Of a stretch of 64,000 nucleotides of DNA, positions 40,281 through 53,889 are shown in pieces. Position numbers and translations under genes: made by a program. The notes under the pieces are model-generated. The model was not told where the DNA came from, searched no databases, and saw only the letters and a program-made list of their open reading frames with translations. Position 1 is the first letter of the stretch, and every line of letters starts with the position of its first letter. This DNA comes from Eledone cirrhosa (taxonomy: Eukaryota), in assembly GCA_964016885.1 (NCBI GenBank), contig OZ024742.1, forward strand, positions 89,652,001 through 89,716,000. Reading direction: 5' to 3'.

Positions 40281-40861
40281 GTTATGGTTATTGTGGTACC
40301 CAGGTGTATTATCCTGCGACTCAAATTTGCTGTGAATCTCAGGTTTTATCCAAAAATGGATTGAAGAGACCTGCTTGCTGTGGAAGTGTAGTATTTGATG
40401 GGGAAGATAAATTATGTTGCGCTGGTACTTTAATAAATAAGGCACCAGCCCTGAACGCATGTTGTGGCAACGCGGGGATAGATGCATCTGTTACAGTCTG
40501 TTGTGGGGGGGTACAAGCAACCAGGGCTAGCAGATTATGTTGTGGTGGAGTACAAGTTAATAGACAAACTGTAGTTGATGGTTGTTGCGGGGCAGCTCTT
40601 ATTAATACATACAAAGATCTTTGCTGTGGTGCGGTTAGAAAGGTGATCGCAACCAGCTTTCCCGGAGGTTCTAATGTCATAGAAAACACATACGCTTGTT
40701 GTGGATCCAACATTTACAAAACAACTGTAAACGAATGCGTCGCTGGAAATATCAGGCCAAAGCATGTCCATTATCCACATCCACCAATGCTACCACCCAG
40801 AATACCAATACTACGACCCCAACTACCACTATATCCATGGTGGACACGGCCGGGGTGGTAA
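40281..40861 (+). CDS. Terminal exon of a galaxin-like (double-cysteine repeat) protein with Pro-rich C-terminus
   Basis: Acceptor 'ttttttattattttag|' at 40280 (phase 1); open frame with nine CC pairs, mostly ~13-15 aa apart (ICCES, ACCGS, LCCAG...); stop at 40859-40861; AATAAA at 40880 and 40893. Confidence 0.85.
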
Positions 40862-41559
40862 TAAGCTTTGCTTGATATCAATAAATGCATTCAATAAACA
40901 TATATGAATCCATGTTTTGTCTGTTTATTTTGTTTTATATATAACATATATTTGTCTGGAATTTTAGATAGTATTTCAACCTCTTTAGTTATGGAGGAGA
41001 AAAATATCAAACGTATCCTAGCGGCAAAGATCACTTCAAATATATTCTCAAAAAACAGTATTTCAAGAGCCATGTTTTCCATTAATTATCCGTGATTCAA
41101 ACTTTCCAATCATAAAAAAATATTTAAAAGGTAAATAAACAAAGTGAAATTGTAAACGAGAGGGTTGCTTGAACCAGAAATGTAGTGTGTCGAGAGTGAA
41201 AACGTTAAATGTTTATTGAAAGGTTTTGCTCGCACAACTGACTAGTTAACATTTCCACACAGACGAGTGGGAGCTCTGTCAGCTTGACATCGTAATTTAT
41301 TTGTCTGAGAAGATTGACTTCCAAGACTAATGAGCATCTTCTTCCCACAAGTCTTGAACCAGTTGTTGGCTTTTCGTTCATCAATCAAGTATTCTCAGTA
41401 TACAACCCAATGCTCATTTGCATGATATTCCATTGCTTTATTGCCGCATTTTAATGACATGAAACAATTAGTTTAAGAAAGGAAAAGATAATGGTTATTG
41501 ATCATTCGAAAATCCAATCGCATAAATCAAATATAATTCATCTTAACCAGTCAAAGACA

Positions 41560-43270
41560 AATAATTCAAAACTGTGGATTTATGAATAGAGTAAACATTG
41601 GGAAAGATCGTAGAATAGTTAGGACAAAATTTAAAATAAACCAAAATTAGCAAGACTTCAAATTATAAATAAAGAAACTAAAAATTATAAATAGCGTCGA
41701 TAAGATTTCCAAATAGAGCTAAGTATATTATTAGTGTCAAAATAGAGAATTGATGAAAGTAATTTATCAGCGTGCTTTAAAACTAAATATGAAACGCTGC
41801 AATGATAATAGCAGAGAAGTTGGCATCATTTTAAACAATTAGATTAGTAGTTAAGATGGAAATAAATGGAAAATGGCATAGCTAGACAGTAGACTAAATA
41901 AAGCTGAAGAGAAACAGTACAGAATTATATTCTGGAAAAATAGAATATTCGGAAAAAGCATTTCGTAAGATGAGATTTATTCGTACCTACCAAATTTTTC
42001 ACAAAACAGGCATAAAAATAGAGACAGAAAAACAATCTGGTTAAGCTCTCCCAAGTACATAAGCGTAAAGGTAAACGTATATAAGAAGTTCTTAGACAAT
42101 GAGAAAACTGGGACAAAAAAGACCTTCACACGCCCCCAAAAAGGGAAAATTTAGAAACGATTTTGGAGAGCGGAGTAAGCATAAATAAAATAGAAAATGA
42201 AACAAACAAAAGTAGAATAATTTGAGGAAAATTTGAGGAAAAGAAATAAATATTTAAAGTAGTCTATAATCGAGATATTAAATACATGTTTAAAACTTAT
42301 ATCAGATACTACATAGTTTGCCATTAAATGACATATCTGTCAACCACAAGGAACTACCATTACAAATTTATTTTGTAGAGACTAAAGACAACATAGATGT
42401 AACCATCTCAATAGACATAATAAAAATACGATAACACCTAACAGCCAAGATACACATGGGTGGTGACTGCTCAAAGACGTTCCTTATACAACGTAGTTTC
42501 ACCTAACCGCAAAGTGGAATATTGTTAACTGGAGAGCACTCAAGAGATTTGAGTTTTGTAGATGACAGGAATCCTCACAAATACAGCTATGAGATTTAAA
42601 TGACGTCTATACCAAATGTATAGATGAAAATAAACATTTTCGGTTTGGACATTCAGAATAAAAAACCAGGTACAAAACAATGCAGCAACACACAATAAGA
42701 GATTAAAAGAAAAGACACTTTAATAAAGAATGTAAATAATTACGAATATCTAGGTCAGAATTATCACATATCAGACAAAGCAAAGAAATAAATTTGAGAA
42801 CAAGAACAATGGTGAGATAAATTTATTTAAGAAGGAACGATAATATATACGGCGATATGATTACCTACGTTGGTGAAAAGGAATGTGTTCAATCACTAAT
42901 GTTTGCCAACTGTTGTATATGCAAGGGGAACGTGGAAGATATACCAGAGTTATGTGCTTGTGTGTGAAGAAAGGGATGAGAAAGAGGACAGTAATTAGAA
43001 ATATACTTAAGGAAATAACAATGAAAAACAAAGTAAAGGTCGGCAGTAAGTTTTAAACAAAACGGCAGACGATAGGTGGACAAAGAGAACCACTGACTGG
43101 ATTACAGGAGAGAGATGGAAATAGAGCAGTAAACAGAAATTCATGAAGACGAACAGGAAAAGTACAAGACAAATTTGAACAAGAATAGCGTTGAACATAA
43201 AGTATGTAAGGGGCGTCAAAAGGGATACGTTCAGGAATGAAATGCCAAGCCCTAAAGAAGTGCGCGGCTA
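41560..43270 (+). mobile_element. Highly decayed RTE-like LINE
   Basis: Scattered residual motifs (FVDD ~42555, YEYLGQ ~42741, SRGRQ ~43205) in A-rich coding-like sequence. Confidence 0.45.
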
Positions 43271-43901
43271 TCTCTGGCAACAACATATATACGGCCGAGA
43301 CAAAAGAGTGCAAGATATATAGCTAAGGGCTCTGTGATTCATATCGTTCCAGTGATGTTTCCTGAGACCATATGTAATGTACGTAACTCTCATTAGCTGA
43401 GACTACAAAGATTGAAGTGTGTAATTGACTAGAGAGAAAATGAGCACAATTCCATTAGACTGTGTTTGGCTATAGGGGTTAATCTATCGTCAAGTTTTAA
43501 ACCATCACCGCTGGCATGATTTCTTTTTGTGATGAGCCTGGAGATTTAGAATAATATTATTGGGTTTTTTTAAATGCTTCAAACTATCAATCGTATTAGA
43601 TGCAAATATGTCAGTGGTGAATTTCCTATGTATAATTATAAATCGATCCAATTGCTTGATTTTTCTGTATAGATTTACCAGCGTAATTTGAGTTACATCT
43701 TAATTGCCTACCAGCACGAGCGCTTATTATATATAAATTAGAATGTCCATTTTCAGACGGCAAAACACAAAGAAAAGACGTCGCTCCTATGGCACTACGA
43801 AAAAGTTGACATTTCTATCACGTAGAACTAGACATCACACAGATCTTAAATCTTTCATTATATTTATTTTGCTATATAAAAATTCTATACAGTTTTTAAT
43901 T

Positions 43902-43981
43902 ATGATAATCTTTACTACACTAGTAATGGCGGCGCTGGGTTACGCAGTAATAATCATAACTACTGCTGCTGCCCACCAAAT
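43902..43981 (+). CDS. Possible signal-peptide first coding exon of a second gene
   Basis: ATG..MIIFTTLVMAALGYAVIIITTAAAHQ followed by GTAAGA donor; AG acceptor at 43891-43892. No partner exon found. Confidence 0.4.
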
Positions 43982-44024
43982 GTAAGAAGAAAAAGTTAAA
44001 GAGAAGACAAAAACTAAACAATAA

Positions 44025-45510
44025 TTCCAACCTATCGCACTGAGCAAAGTCCTCCGACGTCTTGTAGCCAAGATAGCTTGTAAGTCAGTCAATTATGACC
44101 TGGGCGAGGCGCTAAGCTCTGTTCAGCTCGGAGTGAGAGCTGTGTGGATGTAAGGTGGAAGCACATGCAGCTAGATACTTCTTGGACACGTGCCTCTTTC
44201 GACACTCTACCTCCTAAAGAAGTAAAAAATGAGAAACGCTTTCAATAGTGGGAGGCAAGATCACGTCTTAGACGAGCCCCTTTGATATTCCCTCATGCTC
44301 ACCCCTCGTACGGGACACCAAACATACTCATTGCCGTTGACAACAAGGTAACTTCTGCTACAGATATCCAGCATGAAGACCCACTGGTTCCGCTCCTCTT
44401 TGTGCTGGCAGGCGTAAGGTTTCCCACTCTGCCGATCGCCCTTCATTGGCTTGTACCTAGACTACGTGCCCCCGGATGGCTCGGTTGAGTCGGCAGTTAT
44501 GTACCTCCGGGTAATCATACAGCTTCGGACTTGAGATAAACCCATCCAAGTCCGACTTGATAAACGTAAGCTACAGTGAGGCCGCTACTACGACGCCAAA
44601 CACAGCATCCACCCCATATTGTCCGGAGCTCGGCCAATGCCAAAAGACTGTCTGCTTTCACGGCTCTCCAATTCTCTTGACAACCATACTAGAGTGCCTG
44701 GAGACCAAGCACGCAGACCTGTTTAGGATGACGGAGAGGCGCTCGTCCTCCTGATGGACTGTCTTCCCTTTTCTAACTTCTTGTTAACACACTCGTCTCT
44801 CTATCGTAGATCACCTCGGTGAACTTGATGCCACTATCCCACGCTGTGTGAAACTCACCCGTAACGTTAGTTTCGACAGTGCCGGCTGGCAAAAGGCGAG
44901 ACTCCCTGTGGAGTTTAGTGGCCTCGGCCTCCATCCTCACCGAATCCGGCACTGCTGGCCTGCTTCTCCTCAAATCTACCTTCATAGGGCTCGATTCAGG
45001 CTTAAAGCAATACAGCCTCGCATGCCTCTGTCCCGCTTCGCAGTCAAACAGCGGCACGTGGATCAATTCAGTGACCCCTTCATCAACCGGTACCTTTCTT
45101 GATGATGTGTGCACTCGAATCGTAATGGCCCAACGCCTCGGCCTCCGCATGTGTGGACCACACGCATGCCGTTGTGGAGCTATCACCGATTAATTCGGCC
45201 TGCACCTACAATCATGCCACCACAATGGAGCCAGTAGACGTCGACCATGGAGACGGCAAGAGACACGGCGGAATTACCTTCTTTCCATTAGAGAGAGGTA
45301 AATCTGGAACGCGACACACTGCGATACGATCTCCACATTGAAATCAGTCGCTTCGACCAAAAATCTTGCATGCTATGCAGAGGATAGAAAGCCAAGCAAA
45401 TACACGAGCTGAACCAACCGGTTCCTCCTTGCACCGGTCGTCATCGAAACTTCAGGCGTCCTCCGATTCCATACAGCTGACTTCCTCTGTAGAATCGCAG
45501 ATATAAGATT
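44025..45510 (+). mobile_element. Degenerate CRE-like (RLE-type) non-LTR retrotransposon
   Basis: PIA..LRRLVAKIA, QLGV, NAFNS, DPLVPLLF, WQKARLPVEFSGLGL, SGTWINS...RLGLRMC..HACRCG, EP....GDGKR.GGIT. Confidence 0.8.
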
Positions 45511-45994
45511 ACCGTGCACGTCGGCTGCTCAGCGCACTTCAAGATGTATATCTTAATTAACTACCAGCACGAACGCTAATTATATGCGGACTAGTACGTT
45601 CATTTTCGGAATTTTCATAAATTTTTATGAAACTTATCTACAACTGTGAATTTTTTATGAATTTTTGATCTCTTATTTATAGTATAACATAATATAGTAT
45701 ATGCATATATTTCTTTTATATATATTTACTGCACTATAAAATCTAAAATTTAAGACAGATTCAAACTTATATATAAATGTGAATTTTTGCTGCGCTTTTG
45801 ATCTCTTATTTATAATATAATTTATTATAATATGTATGTAGTTATATATTATATTTTATATATTTTTAAATATTTTGAAATAAACTACCACATTTCTATA
45901 TATATAATTCTAATATAGAGAAAATATCCAAACTAAAAATTATTATAGACATTATTTTGAACTCTGAATTATCCATGCACTCATTATTGTTTTT

Positions 45995-46087
<93 letters not shown>

Positions 46088-47224
46088 TTAAATGTAACAC
46101 GTTGAACTCTACTTTATAAAATTATAACTGTTATCATTTACCTAAAGTATACTACACTAATAATACTTAATATATATCTATATATATACCTCCCTCTATC
46201 TAATAATATGTTGATATATTGGTTGAAGAATAATTAGTACATTTACACCCAGTTATACATAGGTATATATTTATCCTTAACATCCTTCAATCTATTATGT
46301 TATTTTATTTTTACCTTCGTCGTTATTATTTACCTTAAAAATACTGGCTCATTAATATATACCTATATACATAATAGTTATTCAAATATTTATAACAATA
46401 AGTACGTCAAAAGCTTTACATACCTAATATGTTGGTATCTTTGTTAAAGTTTAAATTTAGGTAAATGATCAACAGTATAATATTCCATTCTTTATGTGCC
46501 AGCTAAATCCTTTAAATGTAACCCTCATAAAATTCAGAAGTTTAGAAATGATAACACACTTATCGAATTTATAAAAATAATATATAAATAATCAGCAAAT
46601 AATCCTGAATCTGGAGTCTTCACCCTAATATTATAAATTAAATATTTTCAAATTTAACCGTTTAACTTTCGGAAAAAATCTCCTTCTGCATATATCAGCC
46701 CCCCCCCCCCCCCCCACTTCCACCATTTATATTACCCTCTTTATAAATCCTTTTCCAGTGGCTATTACTGGCTTTTATGATTAATGTATATATTATGTTA
46801 TACTTCATGTATATATTCTGCCATGTATATGAAGAAATAGAAGGCAATAAATAGAGAATAAATGAAAAATTAATGAAAACGTAATGAAAAAGTAATGAAA
46901 AATGAAAATGGAAAATGAAAAATGAAAATGAAAAGTGAAAAATAAAAATGAAGATTCAAATAAAATAAGATAAAATGTGTGTGTGCTATACCCAATCTCA
47001 AGGTCAGGAATATGTTGGATAAAGTTGTAGGAGGAACAAGATAGTAAAAGAATAAAACGAAATAGGATAATCAAATAAAATGTATGTATTTTAACCAATC
47101 TCAACTTAAATATAAATATAAGGTGATAAAGTGAAGAAAACAGAAAACAAATAACAAATGAATAATGAGAAATCAAAAATGAAAAATCAAAAATCAAGTA
47201 AATTAAAATGTGTGTGTGTTATAA

Positions 47225-48160
47225 AGATGTTGGCCAAATTAGAATCAATCTCTCGGCTATCATGGTGTCTGCTCAGCCTAGGTTGGTCCCTATGGATTGA
47301 GGGGAGTTCCTAACCTATGGTGTTGTTACTGCCCATATAGCTTGAGGGAGGTCTGGCCGAGAGGTCTCTACATGTTCTGGAGATTCCCTATAGTTTGAGG
47401 GCAGTTCACATCTTATTGTGTTGCTACTGTCCATATATCTTGAGGAAGGTCTCGACCCTGAGGTGTCTGCATGTCCCGAAGAAGTCGGTTCTGAGGTTTA
47501 TCAGGCCGCTTCCACCTCTTAGTATCTCGAGGGTCTCGTTCAGACATAGTTTGCATATGCAAGATCCGCTTTATCGGGTGGTACTTTCCTGATTATGGAC
47601 CAGGACAGAGAGTACGGGGTCCTGTCCAGATTAAGCTTCCAGATCAGGTCGGAGAGAGCCGTACTTTTCCTTTTGGCCTCCTTATTGAAGGAATGGCGAT
47701 GGTTAAACCAGCGGTCTTTAAAGCTCGTTGATGTGGCTCCTATGTAGAGGTGTTCGAAGTTGGGGGTTTTAACCCTACAACCGTATACTAGGTCCTTCTT
47801 AAGGCATTCATTACCAAGGAGGCATGATTCGGGGTTTCTGCAGTTGCAGAGGGTAGTCGATCTCTGCGTGCCTAGATTGGGGTTCCGTTAGGTGTTACAT
47901 GGTGGTCTTCCCCCAGGCACGGTGGGGGTTCCCCGGGTTTGTTTGGGTTTCTTGGGTGGGCACTGGGTCCCCCTTTCTCTCCTTTCACATGGTTCTGCTT
48001 AGTGCTTGTATTGCCATCTTCTGGTTGTGTGTGGATTTTAAGCCTACTCCTGTTGATGCTAGCTATGTGTTCGGCCAGATTTCTCGTGGTGGAACACGAG
48101 AGCTTCACAGTGTGTCTGTTGAAGATCTTGTGGTATCTATGGTCCCTCGGGAAGCATTTA
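47225..48160 (-). mobile_element. PLE fragment (GIY-YIG region), bracketed by inverted copies of another repeat (46805-47105 / 48160-48470)
   Basis: FPRDHRYHKIFNRHTVKLS, CNCRNPESCLLGNECLKKDLVYGC..LYIGAT..RWFNH, CKLCLNE. Confidence 0.85.
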
Positions 48161-49160
48161 TAACACACACACACATTTTATTTGATTATCCTATTTCGTT
48201 TTATTCTTTTACCATCTTGTTCCTCCTACCACTTTATCCAACATATTTCTGACCTTGAGATTGGTTATAGTACACACACATTTTATCATATTTTATTTGA
48301 ATCATCATTTTTATTTTTCACTTTTCATTTTCATTTTTCATTTTCCATTTTCATTTTTCATTACTTTTTCATTTTTCATTACTTTTTCATTAATTTTTCA
48401 TTTATTCTCTATTTATTATTTATTTTCTGTTTTCTTCATTTTATTGCCTTCTATTTCTTCATATACGTGGCAGAACCCCACCACTACCACCACCACGGGA
48501 GATAGTGGCAGGAGGGATGAAGAAACACACACACAGATACTTCTAAATTGTCAGCAGCAGCAAGACATAAGCTGACCACAACACCAACAACACTACCAAA
48601 ATAAGGGTAGAGGTCAGATGTACTTAACAATAGCAAACACAAACACTACAGGGAGCCTCACCACAGAAAGAATTTCTATAGACTTTGGACTGAGGAATGC
48701 TCTCAAAACTGACCAATGGAAAGAGTGACCTTACAAATCTTTATAACATTGAGATGGGTATAACACACACACACATTTTATTCGATTATTTTATTTTATT
48801 TTGTTCCTTTACCATCTTATTCCTTCTACCACTTTATCATTTTTTTTTAGCTGACTCCAACAACAACACCACTACCAACATAAGAATAGAGGTCAGATGT
48901 ATCTAACAATAACAAGAACAACAACTACAGATTGGCTTGCCTCAGAACGAACTTCTATAGACTTTTGACTGAGGAATGTTCTAACAACTGACCAATGAGA
49001 AGAGAAGAGGCGCTTTGACGCAGAAATTCGTTTGTTTAAATTCATATGATTCCAGTTCCTCAGTGAAATAACAAACCAACCAGGAACTGGGCATATCAGA
49101 GTATTGACAAAGTTATACACCTCAACAACATGTGTACTCGTCTCTACCACACTAATTCGG

Positions 49161-49215
49161 ACTGCCTGAAGAGGTCACAGCCAAAGATGGCTGTCACCGA
49201 AATATATATAGCAGT
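49161..49215 (+). ncRNA. Type I hammerhead ribozyme (family D)
   Basis: actgc-CUGAAGA-ggt.acagcc/ggctgt.acc-GAAA-tatata-UA-gcagt. Copies at 51112-51166(+; CUGACGA), 14792-14846(-) and partial 50174-50202(-). Confidence 0.85.
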
Positions 49216-49357
49216 AATAAACGAAGCCAAACTTTAAACATTTGACTTATTTATTTTATTTTATTTTACATTACTCCGGAGTAACCAAACCAACCTGCGC
49301 CCTTCGTCGAGTGCTCCAATCTGCATACTAGGTGTTGGTATACAACCAACATAAACT

Positions 49358-49479
<122 letters not shown>

Positions 49480-51215
49480 ATAAACATATATATATTTTAA
49501 ATTCAAAAGATATATTTATAGAGAGAAAAGGAGCCATATATCGTTTGAGAAACACATAGTATATTGAACATATTTAATTCAAATAATAGTCAGAAAAATA
49601 TACATACATAAGGTGGAATAGATCCTTGCAGCACAGTTTCAAAGCTCCAAGAAAACATTAGGCAAGTGAAAATCTATCCAAGTAATCGATTATCGATTGC
49701 AATAAATGCCAAGGAAAGACAAGGTGCTACTCACCACAGGAATTGTCTACAAAATACCATCATATCTGTTGACAGGTGAAAGTCTGAATGAGCTTCAAAG
49801 TACATGGTACCGATAAACATTTAACGACGAGTGCAGATACATTCCTTAGAATCATTATGTAACATAATGCTACTTAAACACGGCGTAATAGATTGTTTGT
49901 GCCTAAATACACCGCTTCTATGACTTACCACCGTGTTCATTTTTGTTTTTTGTTTATTCTTGATTTACAGCATGCAGTATAACTACGAAGGTCGTTAGCT
50001 ATCACAGTGACTATAGATTTTTTTTCTGTATATGCTGGCTGTTTACCGACACCTCAGTATGCAGATTGGAGCACTCGACGAAGTACGCAGGTTGGTTTGT
50101 TTAGTCCGGAGTAATGTATAATAATTAAGTCAAATATGTAAAATTTGGCTTCGTTTATTATAAATTAAAAATTACTGCTATATATATTTCGGTGACAGCC
50201 ATCCTATAGGAACACACCCACCTAGCAGCTAAAACCATGCCTCACACCGTTGTTTTCAACCCTTCACTTTCACTTCCTTAACCAGAACTCAAGTTTGCTG
50301 ACACTAGATAATATAAATAGACGAAGTACGTCGGTGGAGTCCTATCTTCTGTGCAGACAGGCAACCCAAGTTTCCGAACAACAGGCCCCGACGCCAACCC
50401 CGCATTGTGACCCGAATACCCGGGGGATATCCGCCTCGAACCCGTCCCTCCTCGCACGCATGAGTCAGGGATAAATACCACAAGTAAAAATGACGCGCCG
50501 ATTATTACCACTTACCCCTCTCCCCACCTTCAGAGGGGACTTTGACCCTGTGTCCGTGTGAGTGTATCCACATGTGGGCGTATATGGCGCTATGTGTATG
50601 TGTACAAGTATGAGTGTGCGTGACTGTGTAGACGTAATATGGGAATGCACCTGAGCCTGTGTTTGTGCATGTGTGCTTGCAATGGTGTGTGTTGACATAC
50701 ACGCATATGTACTTTATGCTGAAATAAGAAATGTAGTCCTTTGCAATTCTGGATTTTGACACATAGGGTTTTGGTATTTTACACTCCACTTTTGCCTCAT
50801 CTGTTTTTAAAACGCACCACTCTATCATAAAATAAGAATTATAATTCTTTACACTTCTCGATTCTGACACACAGGTTTTCTATTTCAGTTTATATTTTTC
50901 AAAATGTTTTATATTGGTTGTAGCACATACACATTTTTTTTTTTTTGGGATACGAGCTTGTCCTACGACGCTGAAATTCGTTTGTTCTAGCCCATATGAT
51001 TCCAGTTCCTCGGAGGAATAACAACACACCCAGGAGCTGGACATATCGATGTATTGACGGAGTAAAACACACTTCAACATAATGTGTACCCTCTTTTCCA
51101 CACCAATTCGGACTGCCTGACGAGGTCACAGCCAATGATGGCTGTCACCGAAATATATATAGCAGTAATTTTTAATTTATAATAAACGAATCCAAATTTT
51201 ACATTTTGACTTAAT

Positions 51216-51282
<67 letters not shown>

Positions 51283-51287
<5 letters not shown>

Positions 51288-51600
51288 AGATCAAAAGATG
51301 GTTAAAAGAGTTCCATGTATTTTATTATCCGCATTTCAAAAACAAACATCATCATGCAATAATATTTGTGTTTTCATCAGATAAAATAGGAAGACATGAT
51401 ATGAAGGTTAAAAAACACTTGTGAATAGTGCAGTTTTAAATCAACATAACTGCACTATTCACAAGTGTTTTTTAACCTTCATATCATGTCTTCCTATTTT
51501 ATCTGATGAAAACACAAATATTATTGCATGATGATGTTTGTTTTTGAAATGCGCATAATAAAATACATGGAACTCTTTTAACCATCTTTTGATCTTATAT
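51283..51600. repeat. Fold-back duplication, each arm with a hammerhead
   Basis: 51283-51433 versus 51449-51600 are reverse complements. Confidence 0.9.
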
Positions 51601-51686
51601 ATTATGTATACTTCAGTCCTAGAAACTGTAGAGTGCTTCTTATCCGATATCTGCATTGCTTTATAGTACTACAATAAAACTCACCT

Positions 51687-51753
<67 letters not shown>

Positions 51754-52027
51754 TATGCAAAGCTCGATCTCTCGTTACGGTGAGGGGTTATGAAGTTCAT
51801 ACAGAGATATGAGGTTCGATTGCTCGTAGTGGCCGCTATCAACTTTCTTCCGTCTATAAGGGATCTTTACCCGATTTCCTACGCTATCCCTCCAACATCT
51901 GACTGTATTTACATTATTTTCTGTATTATGCGTCAGGATATACTACATTTATATAAATATATTAAAAAAAACACACGCTCACTCACATACATACATGCAT
52001 GCATACATACATACATACATACATACA

Positions 52028-52061
<34 letters not shown>

Positions 52062-52120
52062 CATACATACATACATACATACATACATACATACATACAT
52101 ACATACATAGACACATACAT

Positions 52121-52614
52121 GATGATGGCTGCAACTCGATTTGAATAATGCCATCGCATGATACGTAAGCATGAGCAGTACGGATGTGGCTTTTTAGTTA
52201 TGCTAGGGACTTGCTTATGGTCAGAAATACTATGCATCGCAAACAAAATGCCACATATCAATCGATGCCTGTGCTTGAAGCTTTTTTGAGCGAGGAAAGG
52301 CTTTACACGGGACCAATCCCATTCTCTGAACATCTACCCAATACATTTACCCAAAAAAGAAGAAATGGTCTACATCATGGGATGCAAATGAAGTCGCAGG
52401 TTTTATAGAAGAGTTACATTCTCATAGAGAGATGTCTTAATGAAGACTAGAAGTCACTCGTTCCACATAAACAAATTTTTTCATGGCCATTTACTCTCCT
52501 TAATTTATCCGCCCTTTGACGGTTTTTGTTTCTCATCCCACAGCGTATCTAAAATCACCCTCCTCCCCAAGAAAGCTTGGTGGGGGTGCCGCTTTAGTCG
52601 CCGTCGGCCCGACT
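52121..52614 (-). mobile_element. Short non-autonomous RTE-derived element with (ATGT)n tail
   Basis: 5' and 3' ends resemble those of 53210-53730 and 57626-57973. Confidence 0.55.
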
Positions 52615-52639
52615 ATACATATATACATAGATGGCACTA

Positions 52640-53108
52640 AAGAATACTGGTAGAACCTGAAAATAAAATCTGCCACCAAATTAAAGCACATCCGGCCTGG
52701 TATTGTTGTTTGGGACCACACATTGAAAACGTGCTCTGTTGTAGAGATCAGCAGCCCACTTTATGTCAACGTTGTGAGAAAATACAAGAGAAGGAGGACA
52801 TCTACGGACTATTGGTGAGGAGTTTGCAGATCCAGTATCCAAGATACACCTTCAGCTTCATAGCCATCATTATTGGAGCTACAGCTTACATACCAATCCG
52901 CTTGGACTAAAGTATAACTGAACTTGGATTTGTGGACAAAGAACGCAGCTCCCTAATTCATAGACAAAAAATGGCCGAGATAGCTGGCACCTTCAAGATT
53001 TGCAAAACATTCTTGCAATTCAAGGGATGACAATTTCTTTTCTTTTACAAACTTGCCAGCAGGAAGGTGGCCTGTCAAAAATGTACTCGAAATTAAGAGA
53101 TAGAGAAA
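52640..53108 (+). mobile_element. Old R4/Dong-like 3' fragment (RLE domain)
   Basis: EYW..KH.RP.IVVWD, YPRYTFSFIAIIIGA; parallels ORF 54393..54899; ends in (ACAT)n. Confidence 0.7.
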
Positions 53109-53209
53109 CATACATACATACATACATACATACATACATACAAACATACATACATACATACATACATACATACATACATACATACATACATACATACATA
53201 CATACATAC

Positions 53210-53798
53210 ATGGTGGCTGCCAACTCGTTTTCAAGTACGGCCACTAGTTTATATCCATGTAGGAGAACCCCTACCGAAGCGCTCAACGAGTGTGACTTTT
53301 TAGTCCAGCCAGCGACTTGAAAACTCTAGTACAAACACTACACTTATGACAATTATTGACACATAGTGTTGGACCCATGGTACCATGTGACGACAAGTGC
53401 AGAGAGATCTCCAGATATAAAGCAATACCTGTGCCGTGAAGCTTTTATAGTGAGCAAAGGCACTGCACAAAGCCAGTCCCACTCTCTTAACCAAGATGAT
53501 ATTTACCAAAAAGAAGAACATGTCAACATCATTCGATACCATCAGGGTTGCAGGTGTTATATCAGAGTTTTCTTCTCCTAGAATTCTGCCTTGACAAAGG
53601 CTAAGGAGTCATCTCTCCCGGTGATTTTGGATGGCCATTGACTATTAAGAGCTCCTTTGCCCTTTGACGGGTTTTGTTTTTAGGATGTCCAAAGTCACCC
53701 TCCTCACCAAGAAACCTTGGTCAGGTCACCAGTTGGTGCTACTAGTTACATGTATCCCAGTACAACCTGTCCCATGGTCGTGTCGTTGGCGACTAAAC
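53210..53798 (-). mobile_element. Bipartite RTE-derived non-autonomous element, 5' end inverted at 53731-53798
   Basis: Minus strand has an RTE-type leader ('ctaggagaag.aaaactctga') joined to a degenerate C2H2-like SVCTRVFKSLAGLKSH terminus and an (ATGT)n tail. 53460-53720 is duplicated at 57626-57895. Confidence 0.6.
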
Positions 53799-53889
53799 AT
53801 ACATACATACACACATACATACATACATACATACATACATACATACATACATACATACATACAAACATACATACATACATACATACATG

